Positions 61,023-64,000 of a stretch of DNA of 64,000 bases are shown in pieces. The notes below the pieces were generated by a model. That model ran no database searches. It was given only the letters and a program-made list of their open reading frames with translations, and was not told where the DNA came from. This DNA comes from an uncultured Candidatus Bathyarchaeia archaeon (GTDB lineage Archaea; Thermoproteota; Bathyarchaeia; Bathyarchaeales; Bathyarchaeaceae): the NCBI GenBank assembly GCA_964510635.1, contig CAZEBS010000007.1, positions 22,386 through 86,385 of the forward strand, given 5' to 3'. Position 1 is the stretch's first letter, and every line of letters starts with the position of its first letter. The position numbers and the translations under genes were made by a program.

Positions 61023-61187
61023 TTATTCTTCACATTTACCACCTTTATTGAGATAACCTTTCTCAGATAACCAATTCATAATGATTGTGCGAAGTGTATC
61101 TGAGTACCCTTCACCAAGTGTACCTATAAGGTCTTTGTCTATGAGGTCAACGATATTGGCTGGTAAGGCTACGAGTATTTTTCTCAT
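61023..61187 (-). CDS. CopG-type ribbon-helix-helix protein (54 aa), translationally coupled to the transposase
   Basis: Not in the track. My translation is MRKILVALPANIVDLIDKDLIGTLGEGYSDTLRTIIMNWLSEKGYLNKGGKCEE. Its ATG (61187-61185) overlaps the transposase TGA (61186-61184) as ATGA. Confidence 0.5.
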   Translation of the reverse strand: MRKILVALPANIVDLIDKDLIGTLGEGYSDTLRTIIMNWLSEKGYLNKGGKCEE

Positions 61188-62092
61188 TTTGCTATCACCA
61201 CCATCTTGTTCTTTTCTTTGTTATTATTTTGGTTTGTGACTCTAGCCAATAGCTCTGCTTCATATTTTGTGGCTTCCTCAATCAACCCCTTCCAGTTGTC
61301 AGGTGCGTTTGTTCTTGCAGCTTGAGCAGGAGTTTTTCCAATGCTTTGATGTTCTCTTACGAAGTTGTAGTGAACTGTGTATCCTTCTAGTATTGCGTTT
61401 GTGGATTCAAAGCCTTTTAGTCCTCTCATGGGCTTTGTTCGGTCTTTGAGTGTACCGTGTAGTCGTTCTACGATGTTGTTTGTTTCTCTTGTTCTGATTC
61501 CTACTCTTTGAACTAGTTCTACTTTGTCGGCTTTATATCTGGAATAGAAAACTTTGTTGAAGGCTCTTTGGTATGAATTGCATCCATCAACGAAAACTGC
61601 TCTAAGTTTTACTTTGCTTTGGTCTAGTCCTTTTTGGAAGATTGCGATTGTGTCTTTTAGAGTTCTAGTGTTTGAGAGGTGTGAGCTTACTATGAATTTG
61701 GTGTCTTCGTCGATCATTTCCCAGAACCATACATTGCGTCCTTCGCAACGGACAACTGTTTCGTCTTCATGCCATAGACCCGAAAGCTGAGGAACTAATG
61801 TGTTAACGTATTCCTTGACTAGAATTGAGTATTTCTTTATCCAGTCCAGAATTGTTACTTGGCTCACGGTTTTTCCGAATATCTGCTTTAGGTTTCTTTG
61901 GGTTTTGCGGAGAGATAAACCGTCAAAGTATAGATTAAGTGCTGTTACTATGATGTGTTTGTCAGTTCTCATTTTGGCGAATTTTCCGTTCATGTAGAAG
62001 CGTTTCTTACATACTTTGCATCTGTAGAGTTGTTTGCCTTTGACTTTGCCGTCTTTCACGAGTTTTTTGGAGCCACAATATTTGCATTGCAT
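61184..62092 (-). CDS. DDE transposase with N-terminal zinc ribbon and HTH (IS1/IS6-like by motif)
   Basis: MQCKYCGSKKLVKDGKVKGKQLYRCKVCKKRF (CxxC...CxxC), the HTH region LSLRKTQRNLKQIFGKTVSQVTILDWIKKY, and a DDE core WHEDETVV...FVDGCNSY...NNIVERLHGTLKDRTKPMRGLKGF. I start at the ATG at 62092. The track start at 62152 adds 20 unlikely residues. Confidence 0.8.
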   Translation of the reverse strand: MQCKYCGSKKLVKDGKVKGKQLYRCKVCKKRFYMNGKFAKMRTDKHIIVTALNLYFDGLSLRKTQRNLKQIFGKTVSQVTILDWIKKYSILVKEYVNTLVPQLSGLWHEDETVVRCEGRNVWFWEMIDEDTKFIVSSHLSNTRTLKDTIAIFQKGLDQSKVKLRAVFVDGCNSYQRAFNKVFYSRYKADKVELVQRVGIRTRETNNIVERLHGTLKDRTKPMRGLKGFESTNAILEGYTVHYNFVREHQSIGKTPAQAARTNAPDNWKGLIEEATKYEAELLARVTNQNNNKEKNKMVVIAK

Positions 62093-62209
62093 TGGTATCT
62101 CACAGCTATACTGTAAGTAATATGTGGTATATATAGCTTGTGGGTATACCACAAGACATCTAGAAACATGATAAAATAGTTAAAGCAATAAACAGAAACA
62201 GATAGTAGT

Positions 62210-63739
62210 ATGACATCTCAAAGCTACTTTCAACCCAACACTATCTACTGTGGCGATTGTCTTGAAGTAATGACAAACCACATTCCTTCCAACATCATCG
62301 ATTTAATCTATGTAGACCCACCATTTGGAAGCGGAGAAGAATATGAAATTGTATTCAAAGACGGTGTTGAAGTACGCCATTTTACAGACCGATGGATTGG
62401 TGGAAAAGAGGGATATATTAATTGGATAAAACCCCGCATAAGAGACATTCATAGAGTTCTAAAAGATACTGGTTCATTCTATCTCCATTGCGATTATCAT
62501 TTAAATGCTTACTTACGGATTGCTTGTGATGAAATTTTTGGTGAAGCAAATTTCAATAATGAAATAATATGGAAAAGAAAAGATGCGCAAAGTTCTGTTA
62601 AGAAATACGGTATCAATAATGATACAATCCTTTTCTATTCAAAAACAAAGGATTTTACATTCAACAAACTTTACACGCCTCTAAGCAAAAAGACCCAAGA
62701 CACATGGTATAAAAAAACTGAAGTGGCAACCAAAGATTTAGTGAATAAAAGAGGAAAAAAAATTCCAAAAGGTACAGTTAGACGATATAATTTAGGTGAT
62801 GTCTCAGCTTCTGGTTCTAGAGTAGGAACACGAGCACATTACAAGTGGAAAGGGAAATTTCCCCGAAATGGGTCGCATTGGCGATATGTAAAAGAAAAAA
62901 TGGAAGAACTTGAGAAAGAAGGTCGTCTTTATCATTCAAAATCTAATACACCATATGAAAAACGATATTTGGATGAGTCTAAAGGAACCACTCTACAGAC
63001 TATATGGACTGACATTCCAATGTTGAGAGGAATATTCAAACATACAAAGAAATCTGAATATCTAGGATACCCAACTCAAAAACCCGTTACGTTGCTTGAA
63101 AGAATAATTGAAGCTTCTAGCAATGAAGGTGATATTGTTCTTGACCCAATGTGTGGATGTGGTACTGCCGTTGTTGCTGCTCAAAATTTAGGTAGAAATT
63201 GGATAGGTATTGACATTAGTCCTACGGCTTGTAAGATTATGGTTAAACGATTGAGAAGCAAAAATGTGCAAATAGGTATTGACGATATAGTTGATTTGCC
63301 AAGACGGATTGATGCTATTAAAAAAATGGTGAATTTAGACCCGATTGAATTTCAAAATTGGGTTTGTGAAAGACTTGGTGCTGTTTCAACAACAAGAAGG
63401 GGAAGAAAACCTAAAGCAGATGGCAATGTTGATGGATGGATTATGAGCAGTATTCCAATACAAGTTAAAGGTTCGGAAAGTATTGGATACTCAGAAATTG
63501 AACGGTTTGAAAAAACAGTTGAAAAACGTAAATTGAAGAACGGTTTGTTTGTGGCGTTCTCTTTCAGCAAGCTAGCATATGAAGAAGCAATGCGAGCAAG
63601 AAACGAGGATGGAATTGATATTGACTTAATAGAGTTGGAAGAACGCCTTACTCCAAATCCTAAATTTTCAGGGCATCCCGAATATCACACGGTTCTTACA
63701 TCTAAAATGACAAAAAGAGTGTGGGGAGAAAAAACCTAA
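62210..63739 (+). CDS. Beta-class N6A/N4C DNA methyltransferase fused to a C-terminal Mrr-like (PD-(D/E)xK) domain
   Basis: Motif IV IYVDPPFG lies near the N-terminus and motif I VLDPMCGCGT lies later, which is the beta-class order (N6_N4_Mtase). The C-terminal FQNWVCERLGA...ADGNVDGWI...IQVKGS..IGYSEIERF matches the Mrr_cat pattern (D-G-x-D-G ... Q-x-K). The stop lies 2 nt before the right TIR. Confidence 0.8.
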   Translation: MTSQSYFQPNTIYCGDCLEVMTNHIPSNIIDLIYVDPPFGSGEEYEIVFKDGVEVRHFTDRWIGGKEGYINWIKPRIRDIHRVLKDTGSFYLHCDYHLNAYLRIACDEIFGEANFNNEIIWKRKDAQSSVKKYGINNDTILFYSKTKDFTFNKLYTPLSKKTQDTWYKKTEVATKDLVNKRGKKIPKGTVRRYNLGDVSASGSRVGTRAHYKWKGKFPRNGSHWRYVKEKMEELEKEGRLYHSKSNTPYEKRYLDESKGTTLQTIWTDIPMLRGIFKHTKKSEYLGYPTQKPVTLLERIIEASSNEGDIVLDPMCGCGTAVVAAQNLGRNWIGIDISPTACKIMVKRLRSKNVQIGIDDIVDLPRRIDAIKKMVNLDPIEFQNWVCERLGAVSTTRRGRKPKADGNVDGWIMSSIPIQVKGSESIGYSEIERFEKTVEKRKLKNGLFVAFSFSKLAYEEAMRARNEDGIDIDLIELEERLTPNPKFSGHPEYHTVLTSKMTKRVWGEKT

Positions 63740-63741
63740 TC

Positions 63742-63765
63742 CATCACAAATAACTTAACAGTATC
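63742..63765. repeat. Right terminal inverted repeat CATCACAAATAACTTAACAGTATC
   Basis: Exact reverse complement of 58112-58135. Confidence 0.85.
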
Positions 63766-63774
63766 CAATGTTAT
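63766..63774. repeat. Target-site duplication, right copy (CAATGTTAT)
   Basis: Identical to 58103-58111, in direct orientation, abutting the right TIR. Confidence 0.8.
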
Positions 63775-64000
63775 TCGGGTTGATTTTTGGACAGTTTTTA
63801 ACGTTAAAAGCTGTTGCTGGATTATGATATTTGGGTTTTTGACGGATGGTTTTGTTTGTAATGTTTCTTCCTTTAGCTGTGGTTTCCATGAAGTTAGGCA
63901 CCATTGGCTTGGTTTCTCAGGCCTGTGGACAAGACTGTATCGTGAACAGCCGTAACTCATGGGGCTTCAGGTCACTTCGTATCTTCGACCACTATCATTG

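Larger units (their letters stand above)
58112..63765. mobile_element. 5,654-bp unit transposon (passenger-carrying IS) with 24-bp perfect TIRs, a 9-bp TSD, one DDE transposase and defence-type cargo
   Basis: The TIRs at 58112-58135 and 63742-63765 are exact reverse complements. Flanking direct repeats are CAATGTTAT. The interior is visibly more AT-rich than the flanks (not computed). It contains the only transposase in the window. Confidence 0.8.

Noticed and set aside
60800-62209. Possibility of a separate small IS (transposase only) nested inside the 5.65-kb element, with its own inverted repeats.
   Set aside because: I compared 62153-62209 with the reverse complement of 60786-61022 by eye and found only a 9-nt match (ATTTTATCA). 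There are no convincing internal TIRs. The only clean ends are the outer 24-bp pair.
63736-63960. 74-aa minus-strand ORF at the right edge of the transposon.
   Set aside because: Its last 10 codons are encoded by the right TIR and TSD. In the reconstructed empty site it would instead run across the aSUI1 promoter. Its composition (Q/K/S/T-rich) is not protein-like. It is probably spurious, though a gene ending just beyond 63970 on the minus strand cannot be excluded.

Overview
This is an archaeal chromosomal segment. It encodes TBP, TFB, aSUI1, an RpoH/Rpb5 homologue, the RNase P proteins Pop5 and Rpp30, ribosomal protein L15e, FtsZ, a tRNA-Gln with an A1:U72 pair, and geranylgeranyl reductase. 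It also carries a contiguous archaeal five-subunit CODH/ACS operon (cdhABCDE), so the host is probably an uncultured acetogenic or Wood-Ljungdahl archaeon such as a TACK/Bathyarchaeia-like lineage; that placement is inference only. Genes are densely packed on both strands. I saw no rRNA genes and no CRISPR array.

Four things stand out.

1. A 5,654-bp transposon lies at 58112-63765. It is bounded by perfect 24-bp terminal inverted repeats and a 9-bp target-site duplication, and it sits just upstream of the aSUI1 promoter. It carries one Zn-ribbon DDE transposase and a set of defence-type passengers: an RHH gene plus a DUF262/DUF1524 GmrSD-like nuclease, a beta-class DNA methyltransferase fused to an Mrr-like nuclease domain, a second RHH gene translationally coupled to the transposase, and a small membrane protein. 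This is the best candidate here for an undescribed mobile defence module.

2. A nitrogen module in which two tandem KaiC/RecA-like ATPase genes precede amt, with no glnK/PII gene present. Both ATPase genes share an almost identical roughly 100-nt promoter architecture with glnA. glnA itself heads an operon with two stand-alone RAM-domain genes and sits divergent from an Lrp/AsnC regulator.

3. A 180-aa RpoH whose N-terminal extension aligns by eye with the N-terminal domain of eukaryotic Rpb5.

4. Several sequence oddities: a TFB with an intact Zn ribbon but no canonical start codon, a probable frameshift in a Zn-ribbon gene next to the tRNA, a three-copy fixed-spacing intergenic element, and Z-DNA-prone tracts.

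All functional calls come from reading the translations by eye against remembered family motifs. No database search was run.
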